Source: Candidatus Dormiibacterota bacterium (GTDB taxonomy: Bacteria; Chloroflexota; Dormibacteria; Aeolococcales; Aeolococcaceae). Taken from it: a stretch of 64,000 nt of DNA. The position numbers and the translations under genes are program-made. Under the pieces are notes generated by a model. The model was not told the DNA's origin, searched no databases, and worked only from the letters and a program-made list of their open reading frames with translations. Shown piece after piece: positions 30,517 through 38,893 of this stretch (position 1 is the stretch's first letter; every line of letters starts with the position of its first letter). The stretch covers positions 29,249-93,248 of the forward strand of contig DATBPD010000009.1 of NCBI GenBank assembly GCA_036561525.1, given 5' to 3'.

Positions 30517-30975
30517 ATGACACGGACCACGTCTGAGCTCCGTCTGCCAGCCGACCCCGCATACATCGTCGTCGCCAAGCGCGCGGCCTCGGCCTTTGCC
30601 GTGGTGGCGGGTTTCGACGTCGAAGCGGTGCACGACCTCACCATCGCGGTCGCCCAGGCGTGCGAGAACGCCCTTGCCTGCACAGCGCGGGTGGGCGGCG
30701 TCGGGGTGGGTCAGATCCGGTTGACCTTCATCGTCGAGGGCGAGCGCCTCGAGGTGCAGGTGCAGAGCAGCTGCGCGCGCGAGGTGGTGGCCCAGGCGGC
30801 CGCGGCCAGACGGCGGGTGGCGGTGCGGGCGGTGGAGCGTGAGCGCCAGGAGGTGGCTGCGGCGACCGACCTTGCGCTCCAGCTCATGGGGCTGTTCGTC
30901 GACGACCACAGCTACCGGGTCGACGAACGCACCGGCGGTCTGCGCGTCCGGCTGACGAAATACAAGGCTTCGTGA
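30517..30975 (+). CDS. RsbW/SpoIIAB-like anti-sigma factor (HATPase fold) with degenerate ATP-binding motifs
   Basis: 'LRLPADPAYIVVAKRAASAFA...DLTIAVAQACENAL' resembles the N-terminal half and N-box of RsbW. Its stop overlaps the sigma gene GTG. ATG 30517 is preferred over 30496 because the sigma-B-type promoter covers 30496. Confidence 0.65.
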   Translation: MTRTTSELRLPADPAYIVVAKRAASAFAVVAGFDVEAVHDLTIAVAQACENALACTARVGGVGVGQIRLTFIVEGERLEVQVQSSCAREVVAQAAAARRRVAVRAVERERQEVAAATDLALQLMGLFVDDHSYRVDERTGGLRVRLTKYKAS

Positions 30976-31796
30976 CCGGGACGCCCCGTGAGGACGGGGC
31001 GGCGCGCACGCAGAGGACGCGGACGATCGCCAAACCGGCGCCAAGCGCCCGGCGTGACCTGGTACGCAAGCTGCTCCGCGAGTACCGCGAGAAGCATGAC
31101 CCCGACGTGCGCGAACGCCTCGTCGAGCTGAACTCGGATCTCGTCCACTTCATCGCGCGTCGCTTCGCCAACCGCGGCGAGCCGCTCGAGGACATCGAGC
31201 AGGTGGGCTTCCTCGGCCTGATCCACGCCATCGAGCGTTTCGACCCGTCCCTGGAGAACGAGTTCAGCACCTTCGCAACGCCCACGATCATGGGCGAGAT
31301 CAGGCGCTACTTCCGTGATCGCTCTTGGGCGGTGCGCGTGCCGCGGCGCCTGCAGGAGAACCTGCTCCGGGTCAACGCGGCCTCCCAGCAGCTCACCGGC
31401 GAGCTTGGCCGCGCCCCCAGCGTCACCGAGATCGGCGAGCGCGTCGGGCTCGAGCCGGAGGACGTGCTCGCCGCCCTCGAGGTGTCGCCGGCCCAGCACA
31501 CGGTTTCCCTCGAGGCGGCTCCGGGCGGGCGCGTCGATGAGGCCACCACCATCGGCGACCGGCTCGGCGCCGAGGACAGCAATCTCGACCGCGTCGAGAT
31601 GCGGGCTCTGCTCGAGCAGGCGATGGCCCATCTCAACCCGCGCGAGCGCGAGATCATGGCCCTGCGCTTCGTCGAAGAGCTGCCCCAGACCGAGGTGGCC
31701 AGGCGGCTGGGCATCTCGCAGATGCATGTGTCGCGCCTCCAGCGCGCCGCCGTCGATCACCTCAGGCGCGAGATGGGCGACACCGTCATCGTCTGA
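30972..31796 (+). CDS. Group-3 sigma-70 factor of the SigB/SigF/SigG type
   Basis: Region 2 'DIEQVGFLGLIHAIERFDP....FSTFATPTIMGEIRRYFRD..WAVRVPRR'. Region 4 'REREIMALRFVEELPQTEVARRLGISQMHVSRLQ'. Confidence 0.9.
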   Translation: MTGTPREDGAARTQRTRTIAKPAPSARRDLVRKLLREYREKHDPDVRERLVELNSDLVHFIARRFANRGEPLEDIEQVGFLGLIHAIERFDPSLENEFSTFATPTIMGEIRRYFRDRSWAVRVPRRLQENLLRVNAASQQLTGELGRAPSVTEIGERVGLEPEDVLAALEVSPAQHTVSLEAAPGGRVDEATTIGDRLGAEDSNLDRVEMRALLEQAMAHLNPREREIMALRFVEELPQTEVARRLGISQMHVSRLQRAAVDHLRREMGDTVIV

Positions 31797-31826
31797 GGGC
31801 GGATCGGGCGATTCGCCGGGTAGCGG

Positions 31827-31832
31827 CTACAA
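31827..31832 (+). promoter_or_regulatory. -10-like TACAAT upstream of alaS with a short hairpin-containing leader
   Basis: TACAAT lies 47 nt before TTG 31880. The leader contains GGCTCGC-GCCC-GCGAGCC. Confidence 0.3.
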
Positions 31833-31879
31833 TTGCGGCGATTTCCCCGCAGTCATCGGCTCGCGCCCGCGAGCCCCCA

Positions 31880-34489
31880 TTGGATGGGCGTTTGCGCACC
31901 AACGAGATCCGGGAACGTTTTCTCAGCTACTTTGAACACCACGGACACCATCGTCTGGCGAGCGCCTCGCTGATCACCCAGGACGATCCGTCCCTGCTCT
32001 TCACCGTGGCCGGGATGGTCCCGCTCAAGCCATTCATCACCGGCGAGCTCACTCCGCCGGCTCCGCTCCTGGTGTCGTGCCAGAAGTGCTTCCGCGGGCA
32101 GGGGCTACGCGACGACATCTCCGAGGTGGGCGACGACATCCATCACACGTTCTTCGAGATGCTCGGCAACTGGTCCATCGGCGGCTACTTCAAAGAGGGC
32201 GCCATGCGCCACGCCGTCGAGTTCCTCACCCGCGAATGCGGGTTGGCCGTAGACCGCCTGTGGGTGAGCATCTTCCCGGACGACGCCGAGTCGGAGCGCC
32301 TCTGGCACGACGTCATCGGCATCCCCACAGAACGCATCGTCCGCGTCGCCGGTAACTGGTGGCAGGCCGGACTCACCGGACCATGCGGCTACGACAGCGA
32401 GATCTTCTGGGACCGGGGTGGGCTGTGCAGTTGTGGGAGGACGGACTGTCGCCCTGACGACGACTGCGCCGGCAGTCGCTGGGTGGAGATCTGGAACCTC
32501 GTGTTCATGGAGTTCGACCAGGACGAGGCTGGCAACCGAGCGACGCTTCCCAAGAAGACCGTCGACACCGGCATGAGCCTGGAGCGGCTCGCCTCGGTGG
32601 TTCAGGGGGTCGACGGCGACTACGAGATCGACGCGTTCGCCGGCATCGTCGCTTCCTTCGCCGAGCGCGCCGGCGACACCACGCCATCGCCCGCACGCAC
32701 CACCAGCCTTCACGTGCTCGCCGACCATGTCCGTGCCGCCACGTTCCTCATCACCGACGGGATCCTCCCAGCGACGGAAGCTCGCGGCTATGTCCTGCGT
32801 CGCGTCATCCGTCGCGCGGCCATCCACGGCCGGCGCGTCCAGCTCTCCGGCGGCCTCGTGCCGAGCGTTGGCGCAGTCGTCGAGGCCATGGGCGACGCAT
32901 ACCCGGAGATCGTCGAGAACCGAGCTCTTGTCGAGGCCACGCTCGGCACCGAGGAGGACGCGTTCGCGCGCACGCTGGACGCCGGCGCCGAGCGGCTCGC
33001 CGGCCTACTGGGCTCCGGCTCCGGAACCATCGCCGGTGAGGAGGCGTTCCGGCTGCATGACACCTTTGGCCTGCCCATCGAGCTGACCGTGGAGATGGCC
33101 GCAGAGCGGGGGGTCGAGGTCGACCGTGCGGGGTTCGAGGCCGCCATGGCCGAGCAGCGAGCGCGGAGCAAGGCGGCCCGCGTCCGCGTCGGTTTCGAGG
33201 GCGGCCCGCAGCTGCCCGACACACTCTTCGTCGGCTACGACGTGCTCGAGACCCCCGCGACCGTGCTGCGCATCGGCGGCGAGGCGGCACGCGACCTGCT
33301 GCCGGAGGGTGCCGAGGACGGGGTCATCCTCGACCGCAGCCCGTTCTATGCCGAAGCCGGCGGCCAGGCGGGCGACACCGGCAGCCTCCTCTTCGACGGC
33401 GGGCGTGCGCGCGTCCTCGACACCACCTACGCCGGCCCGGCGCGCGTCCACACCGTCCGGGTGGAGGAGGGCACGCTCAGCATGGGTGCGAACGTCAGGG
33501 CGGTCGTCGACGCCGAGCGCCGTGCCCAGGTGGCCCGCCACCACAGCGCCACGCACCTGCTCAACCAGGCTCTCCGCGAGGTCCTCGGGGCCGGCGTCGT
33601 CCAGCGCGGGTCATTCGTGGGGCCCGACCACACCACCTTCGACTTCTCCTTCTCGCGGGCCCTGAGCCGCAAAGAGCTGGACGACATCGAGGCGCGGGTC
33701 AACCACCACATCCGTGCCGACCTGCAGCGCAGCGTTGATGTCATGGCGCTGCCTGAGGCGCGGGCGAGCGGGGCCATCGCGCTCCTCGACGAGCGGTACA
33801 CCGAGAAGGTGCGGGTCGTCGACTTCGGCGGCTGGTCCCGCGAGCTCTGCGGCGGGACCCACGTGCACCACACCGGTGAGGTCGGTGCCGCGATCATCGT
33901 CTCGGAGAGCAGCATCGGCCAGGGCATCCGCCGCATCGAGATGGTCGTCGGGGAGGCCGCCGAGCGCCGCTGGCGGGAGACGGCGGATTCGCTGTCGGCT
34001 GCGGCACGCGCCCTGCGCGCCCGACCCGGCGAGGTCCCCGAGCGCGTGGCCGGCCTGCAGGAGCAGCTCAAGGCGACCCGGCGCGAGCTCGACCAGGCCA
34101 AGAAGCGCGGAGCCGGCGGCGCCGCCCCCAAGGCGACAGTGGAGGAGGTCGGTGGCCTGCGCTTCGCCTCGCTGCTGCTCGACTCCGGGGCCGATGCCGC
34201 CGATGTCGTCGAGGTCATCGACCGCCTCTTCGCAGAGCAGCTCGGCGGCGACGGTGTCGCGGTAGTGGTCGGTCACCACACCCTGGCCATCAAGGGTGGG
34301 GCGTCGGCGCAGCGAGCCGGCATCCACGCCGGGCACCTCGCCAACGCGGCAGCCGCGCTCACCGGCGGCAGGGGCGGGGGACGGCCGGACTTCGGCCGGG
34401 GCAGCGTGAGGAACCCAGCACAGAGCGATCAGGCGCTCGCCCTGGTCCGCGACACGGTGAGCCGCCAGGCGCCGGGGAACGCCGCATGA
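31880..34489 (+). CDS. alaS: Alanyl-tRNA synthetase
   Basis: 'EIRERFLSYFEHHGHHRLASASL', 'FTVAGMVPLKPF', 'HHTFFEMLGNWS', editing 'HSATHLL...CGGTHV', DHHA1-like C-terminus. Start is TTG 31880 or TTG 31892. Confidence 0.95.
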   Translation: MDGRLRTNEIRERFLSYFEHHGHHRLASASLITQDDPSLLFTVAGMVPLKPFITGELTPPAPLLVSCQKCFRGQGLRDDISEVGDDIHHTFFEMLGNWSIGGYFKEGAMRHAVEFLTRECGLAVDRLWVSIFPDDAESERLWHDVIGIPTERIVRVAGNWWQAGLTGPCGYDSEIFWDRGGLCSCGRTDCRPDDDCAGSRWVEIWNLVFMEFDQDEAGNRATLPKKTVDTGMSLERLASVVQGVDGDYEIDAFAGIVASFAERAGDTTPSPARTTSLHVLADHVRAATFLITDGILPATEARGYVLRRVIRRAAIHGRRVQLSGGLVPSVGAVVEAMGDAYPEIVENRALVEATLGTEEDAFARTLDAGAERLAGLLGSGSGTIAGEEAFRLHDTFGLPIELTVEMAAERGVEVDRAGFEAAMAEQRARSKAARVRVGFEGGPQLPDTLFVGYDVLETPATVLRIGGEAARDLLPEGAEDGVILDRSPFYAEAGGQAGDTGSLLFDGGRARVLDTTYAGPARVHTVRVEEGTLSMGANVRAVVDAERRAQVARHHSATHLLNQALREVLGAGVVQRGSFVGPDHTTFDFSFSRALSRKELDDIEARVNHHIRADLQRSVDVMALPEARASGAIALLDERYTEKVRVVDFGGWSRELCGGTHVHHTGEVGAAIIVSESSIGQGIRRIEMVVGEAAERRWRETADSLSAAARALRARPGEVPERVAGLQEQLKATRRELDQAKKRGAGGAAPKATVEEVGGLRFASLLLDSGADAADVVEVIDRLFAEQLGGDGVAVVVGHHTLAIKGGASAQRAGIHAGHLANAAAALTGGRGGGRPDFGRGSVRNPAQSDQALALVRDTVSRQAPGNAA

Positions 34490-35751
34490 GCAAGCGTAAG
34501 TTCTCCCTGCTGCGCCGTCGCGCCGAGTTCAACACCCACTACACAGTCCTCGACATCGGCACCGAGTTCGTCAAGGCGCTGATCGTCAAACGTGAGGAGG
34601 ACAAGGGCATCGTCATCGGCGCGTCGCGGATCCGCCAGGCGCTCACCGACATGCAGGGCGGGGCCGTCGCCGACATCCAGTCGGTGATCGACAACTGCGA
34701 CAAGGCGCTGACCGAGGCCGAGGACATGTGCGAGGTGGTGCCCGGCCAGGCCGTGATGGGCATCGCCGGCGAGCAGGTGCGCGGGTTCAGCACCACCATG
34801 ACCATGCCACGCCCGCTGCCCCAGGCACGCATCAGCCAGGCCGACCTCGCCGCCGCGCTCCAGGCGGTGCAGCGCCGCGCGCTCAAGGAGGCGGTGCGGC
34901 AGATGTCGCACGAGCTCGGCGTCGCCGAGGTGAACGTCAAGCTGGTGCACAGCACGATCACCGCGGTGCGCATCGACGGCTACGCGGTCAGCAATCCCAT
35001 CGACTTCCAGGGCAATGTTGTGGACATCACCGTCTTCAACACCTTCGCTCCTCTGCACCACATCGGCGCGCTGCAGACAATCGCCCAGGAGCTCGACCTC
35101 GAGGTGGTGGCCACGGTGGCCGAGCCGTATGCGCTGGCGCGCGGCTGCAACAACGACGACATCGAGGAGCGCGGCGCCATCTTCATCGACGTCGGCGGCG
35201 GCACCACCGACGTCGCCCTGGTGCGCAACGGCGGCATCGAGGCCACGCGGATGTTCGCGCTCGGCGGTCGCAGCTTCACCAAGCGGCTGGCCGGTGAGCT
35301 GCAGATCTCGATGGGGGAGGCGGAGCGGTACAAGCTCTCCCACGGCGACAACCGCCTGGCCGCCGAGCAGCGCGCCCTGGCCCACCAGGCGCTCACCCCG
35401 ACCGCCGAGGTGCTCGCCCAGGGCGTCTCACTCACCCTCGAGGAGCTGGCCGGCGCGGAACCGCTGCCCGCCACCATCTACCTCGCCGGCGGCGGTGCCT
35501 CTCTGCCCGAGGTGGCCGAGCAGCTCTCCGCCCTCGACTGGGTGCAGTCGCTGCCGATGCCGCACGCACCGTCGGTGCGCGTCCTCGGCCCCGACGATGT
35601 CCGCCGCGTCTACGACAGCACCGGCCTGCTGGTGGGCAGCCAGGACGTCACGCCCATGGGCCTCGCCCACCACGCCATCTCCATCGAGGACGACGCCGAC
35701 CAGCCGCTCGGCGGCCTGATGCGCCGGGTTCTCAAGACGATGAAGGTCTGA
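34486..35751 (+). CDS. FtsA-family actin-like ATPase (orphan, outside any dcw context)
   Basis: Actin-fold motifs 'VLDIGTEFVKA', 'IFIDVGGGTTDVALV' and 'IYLAGGGASLP'. SHS2/1C-like 'KLVHSTITAVRIDGYAVSNPIDFQGNVVDITVF'. C-terminal amphipathic 'GGLMRRVLKTMKV'. The ATG overlaps the alaS stop. Confidence 0.75.
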   Translation: MSKRKFSLLRRRAEFNTHYTVLDIGTEFVKALIVKREEDKGIVIGASRIRQALTDMQGGAVADIQSVIDNCDKALTEAEDMCEVVPGQAVMGIAGEQVRGFSTTMTMPRPLPQARISQADLAAALQAVQRRALKEAVRQMSHELGVAEVNVKLVHSTITAVRIDGYAVSNPIDFQGNVVDITVFNTFAPLHHIGALQTIAQELDLEVVATVAEPYALARGCNNDDIEERGAIFIDVGGGTTDVALVRNGGIEATRMFALGGRSFTKRLAGELQISMGEAERYKLSHGDNRLAAEQRALAHQALTPTAEVLAQGVSLTLEELAGAEPLPATIYLAGGGASLPEVAEQLSALDWVQSLPMPHAPSVRVLGPDDVRRVYDSTGLLVGSQDVTPMGLAHHAISIEDDADQPLGGLMRRVLKTMKV

Positions 35752-35756
35752 GCCAC

Positions 35757-37424
35757 ATGCCCCAGGTGATCTACACCGAGCACGGCGACGAGATCGTCGA
35801 GCTCATCGACAGAGTCCGCAAGGCGCCCGACAACGAGGTCGCGCTGGTTCTCAGCGCCGGCGCGGTCGGTTTCCAGTCGCCCCTGAACGTCCGCCTGCTC
35901 CGCGACCTGGGCACACGCGCGGGCAAGTCGGTCTCGATCATCAGCGGAGACCCGTACATCCAGGAGCTGTCCCGCATGGGCGGCCTGGCCACCTACGCCT
36001 CCGTCCCCGCCTTCGAGCGCGGCATCCAGACCGTGCGAGCCCACGCCGACGTGGGCAACGGATCGAGCATGGCCGGCACAGCCACAGCCCTGGCCACGGC
36101 GCCCGCCCTGGCGCCGCCGCTGCCGCCGCGGACGGCGGCGACCGCCGCGGGCGCGGCCAAGCCGGCCGCCGCCGGCAAGGGCCTGGGTGGGCCGCGCCGG
36201 CCGTGGTACTTCGCCGCAGCGGGGCTGGTGATCCTCGGGCTCATCCTGTTCGTGTTCGTGGCTCCGTCGGCGAAGGTGACCATCACCCTGGCGGGCACGC
36301 CGCTGACCATCAACCCCACCATCCAGGGCAGCCCGGACGCGGCCAATGCCAAACAGGCCGACCACATCGTCACCACCGTGGTGACCAGCGACCAGTCGGC
36401 GTCGTTCGCGGCCAAGCCGACGGGGACGCAACCAGTTGCGGCGACAGCGGCGGCGGCCACCATCGTGTTCTCGACAAGCATCGCGGAGGGGGCGCAGTTC
36501 GACGTGCCAAAAGGCGAGGAGTTCGATACCCAGGACAACCCGCCGATCAAGTTCTTCGCCACCCAGAGCACGCACATCTGCGTCGGCCCCAACGGATCAC
36601 CGCCAGTCATCTGTCCCACGCCGAACAATTCCGTTCCCGTCGCCGATGGAACTGGCGAGGCCAAGGGTAACGTCGCGGCCAACACGATCACCAAGTGGCC
36701 TGGTAATCCGTGTCCGGCACCGCCGTCCGTTGGGTTCCCAGGATGCAGTGCGAGCGACCTCACAGAGACCAACCCTGCGGCAGCAACCGGCGGCGCTGAT
36801 GCCAAGACCAACGTCGTCGCCAGCTCGCAGGACGTTGCCGGATGGACCACGCAGGTCACGCAGAGTGAGCAGACCCTGACGGGTCAGGCCAAGCAGGACA
36901 TGCAGAGCAAGGCCGGCGGCAAGACGTTCGCCGTCGATCCCGGTGGCAACGGCACCACCGTGGCCTGCGCTGTAACGCCGGCCCTGCCCGCCGCCAACGC
37001 GGTCTTCGGGACCACACAGGAGACCGTCGCGTGCCACGGCAAGGCGGCGCTGTACAACCCGTCCGACATCAGCACCGACGTGAAGGCCGACCTGCAGACG
37101 CAGGTGGCCCAGGGCGACAGCCTCGCCGTCGACCAGATCAACTGCACCAAAACCGCGGTCACCCAGGCGGCCGACGACGGCACCGTCGTGCTCAGCGTGC
37201 AGTGCACCAGCTTCTCGCGCCAGAACGTCGACCTCAATGCCCTCAAGGGGCAGCTCGCCGGCAAGAGCCCGAGTGACGCGCGCAACATCATCCAGCACCG
37301 GCTCAACCACGTCCAGAACGTCAGCGTCTCGCAATCACCGGTGCCGTTCTTCTGGCTGCCGTTCTTCTCGGGCCGCATCGAGATCGACGAGGTCTTCGTG
37401 GCGCAACCGACCGCGGGCACGTGA
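35757..37424 (+). CDS. Hypothetical single-pass membrane protein: cytoplasmic N-domain, Ala/Pro linker, one TM, ~385-aa Thr/Ala/Gln-rich ectodomain with 8 Cys
   Basis: 555-aa ORF starting 6 nt after the FtsA-like stop. TM is 'WYFAAAGLVILGLILFVFVAP'. Cys residues fall in four consecutive pairs. C-terminal 'PFFWLPFFSGRIEI'. The stop overlaps the ruvX GTG. Third positions are coding-like. Confidence 0.7.
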   Translation: MPQVIYTEHGDEIVELIDRVRKAPDNEVALVLSAGAVGFQSPLNVRLLRDLGTRAGKSVSIISGDPYIQELSRMGGLATYASVPAFERGIQTVRAHADVGNGSSMAGTATALATAPALAPPLPPRTAATAAGAAKPAAAGKGLGGPRRPWYFAAAGLVILGLILFVFVAPSAKVTITLAGTPLTINPTIQGSPDAANAKQADHIVTTVVTSDQSASFAAKPTGTQPVAATAAAATIVFSTSIAEGAQFDVPKGEEFDTQDNPPIKFFATQSTHICVGPNGSPPVICPTPNNSVPVADGTGEAKGNVAANTITKWPGNPCPAPPSVGFPGCSASDLTETNPAAATGGADAKTNVVASSQDVAGWTTQVTQSEQTLTGQAKQDMQSKAGGKTFAVDPGGNGTTVACAVTPALPAANAVFGTTQETVACHGKAALYNPSDISTDVKADLQTQVAQGDSLAVDQINCTKTAVTQAADDGTVVLSVQCTSFSRQNVDLNALKGQLAGKSPSDARNIIQHRLNHVQNVSVSQSPVPFFWLPFFSGRIEIDEVFVAQPTAGT

Positions 37425-37855
37425 GCACCCCAGCCCTCGGTGTCGACGTCGGCACGGTCCGGGTCGGCCTCGCCGGCAGCGATGAGACAGGCACCATCGC
37501 CACGCCGCTGCGCACCGTTCCGCGTCAGCCCGCAGCGAGGCTCTGGGCGGAGGTCGAGCAGGTCGTGGTCGCCCGGCTCCCCGAGCGTATCGTGGTGGGC
37601 CTGCCCCGGCGGCTTGACGGCAGCGAGGGCAAATCCGCGGTGGACGCCCGCGGCGTCGCCGAGCAGTTGCACCGCCGCACCGGTCTTCCGGTTGAGATGT
37701 GGGACGAACGCTTCACCACGGCCGCCGCCGAGCGCAGCATGATCGCGGCTGGTCAGCGTCGCGCCAAGCGGCGTGAGCGCATCGATGCCGTGGCCGCCAC
37801 GCTGCTCCTGCAGAGCTGGCTGGACTCCCGCCGCAGCAGCGGCGCGGGCCGATGA
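37421..37855 (+). CDS. ruvX: Pre-16S rRNA nuclease / Holliday-junction-resolvase-like YqgF
   Basis: 'ALGVDVGTVRVGLAGSD', 'IVVGLPRRLDGSEG', 'VEMWDERFTT'. Conserved alaS-ruvX-mltG context. Confidence 0.9.
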   Translation: MSTPALGVDVGTVRVGLAGSDETGTIATPLRTVPRQPAARLWAEVEQVVVARLPERIVVGLPRRLDGSEGKSAVDARGVAEQLHRRTGLPVEMWDERFTTAAAERSMIAAGQRRAKRRERIDAVAATLLLQSWLDSRRSSGAGR

Positions 37856-38892
37856 GGCGCAGGCAGCAGGCACGCACCGGTGTCGTCTTCGCGGTCGTCG
37901 CCACCGTCATCCTGCTCGCGGTGGTCGTCGGCGGCACCCTCCTGTACGGTCGCAGCCAGCTCGACCCGCCGGCGAGCAACGCGGACGCCGACGTCACCAT
38001 CGCGGTGCGCAGCGGCGAGCCCGTCGAGGCCCTGGTCGGCGACCTCGCCAACCACAACCTGATCCGCAGCGCTTTCTGGTTCGGCTGGTACGCCAAGCTG
38101 CAGGGCCTCGGATCGAAGCTGGTCGCCGGCAACTTCGTCCTCAACGACGCGATGAGCGCCAGCTACATCGTGCAGCGGCTCGAGGGCCCGCCACAGGTGG
38201 CGGTGCACCAGCTGCTGCTCACCGAAGGCCTGACCGCCAAGCAGATGGCCGCGAAGGTGGCGACCGCCGGGCTCGGTATCACCGCCGCCCAGTACATGAC
38301 CGAGGTGCAGTCCGGCAGCTTCAGCGAGCCCTTCCTGGCAGGGCGGCCGAAGGGCGCATCCCTTGAGGGCTTCCTGTTCCCCGATACCTACACCGTCCCC
38401 GACCACTCGAGCGCCCATGACCTCGTGCAGATGCAGCTCGCCGACTTCGCCAACAAGGCGCTGCCGCAGCTGGCCGGCCTCTCCGCGCAGCAGGTCTACG
38501 ACGCGGTGACCGTGGCCTCGATGATCGAACGCGAGGCGAAGTTCGACGTGGACCGCCCTCTCGTCGCCGGGGTTGTCGCCAACCGGCTCGCCGCGGGCAT
38601 GCGCCTGCAGATCGACTCAACAGTCCTGTACGGGCTCGGGCTCAGCAGCGGGTCGCTGACGCCGGAGCAGCTCGCCACCGATACGCCGTACAACACCTAC
38701 CTGCACGCCGGGCTGCCGCCCACGCCCATCGCCAACCCCGGGGCCGGCAGCATCGCGGGAGCCGCGCACCCGGCCACCACGCCGTACCTCTTCTACATCT
38801 CCGACTGCGCTGGCCACAATCACTACAGCGTGACCGGGCAGGAGCATGATCAACAGATCCAGCAGTACCTCAGCAAGCCCTGCGGCTCCTGA
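37852..38892 (+). CDS. mltG: Endolytic murein transglycosylase MltG (YceG-like)
   Basis: N-terminal TM, then 'LTEGLTAKQMA', 'ASMIEREAK', 'VVANRL..GM.LQIDSTVLYG', 'YNTYLHAGLPPTPIANPG'. Confidence 0.9.
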   Translation: MRRRQQARTGVVFAVVATVILLAVVVGGTLLYGRSQLDPPASNADADVTIAVRSGEPVEALVGDLANHNLIRSAFWFGWYAKLQGLGSKLVAGNFVLNDAMSASYIVQRLEGPPQVAVHQLLLTEGLTAKQMAAKVATAGLGITAAQYMTEVQSGSFSEPFLAGRPKGASLEGFLFPDTYTVPDHSSAHDLVQMQLADFANKALPQLAGLSAQQVYDAVTVASMIEREAKFDVDRPLVAGVVANRLAAGMRLQIDSTVLYGLGLSSGSLTPEQLATDTPYNTYLHAGLPPTPIANPGAGSIAGAAHPATTPYLFYISDCAGHNHYSVTGQEHDQQIQQYLSKPCGS

Positions 38893-38893
38893 G

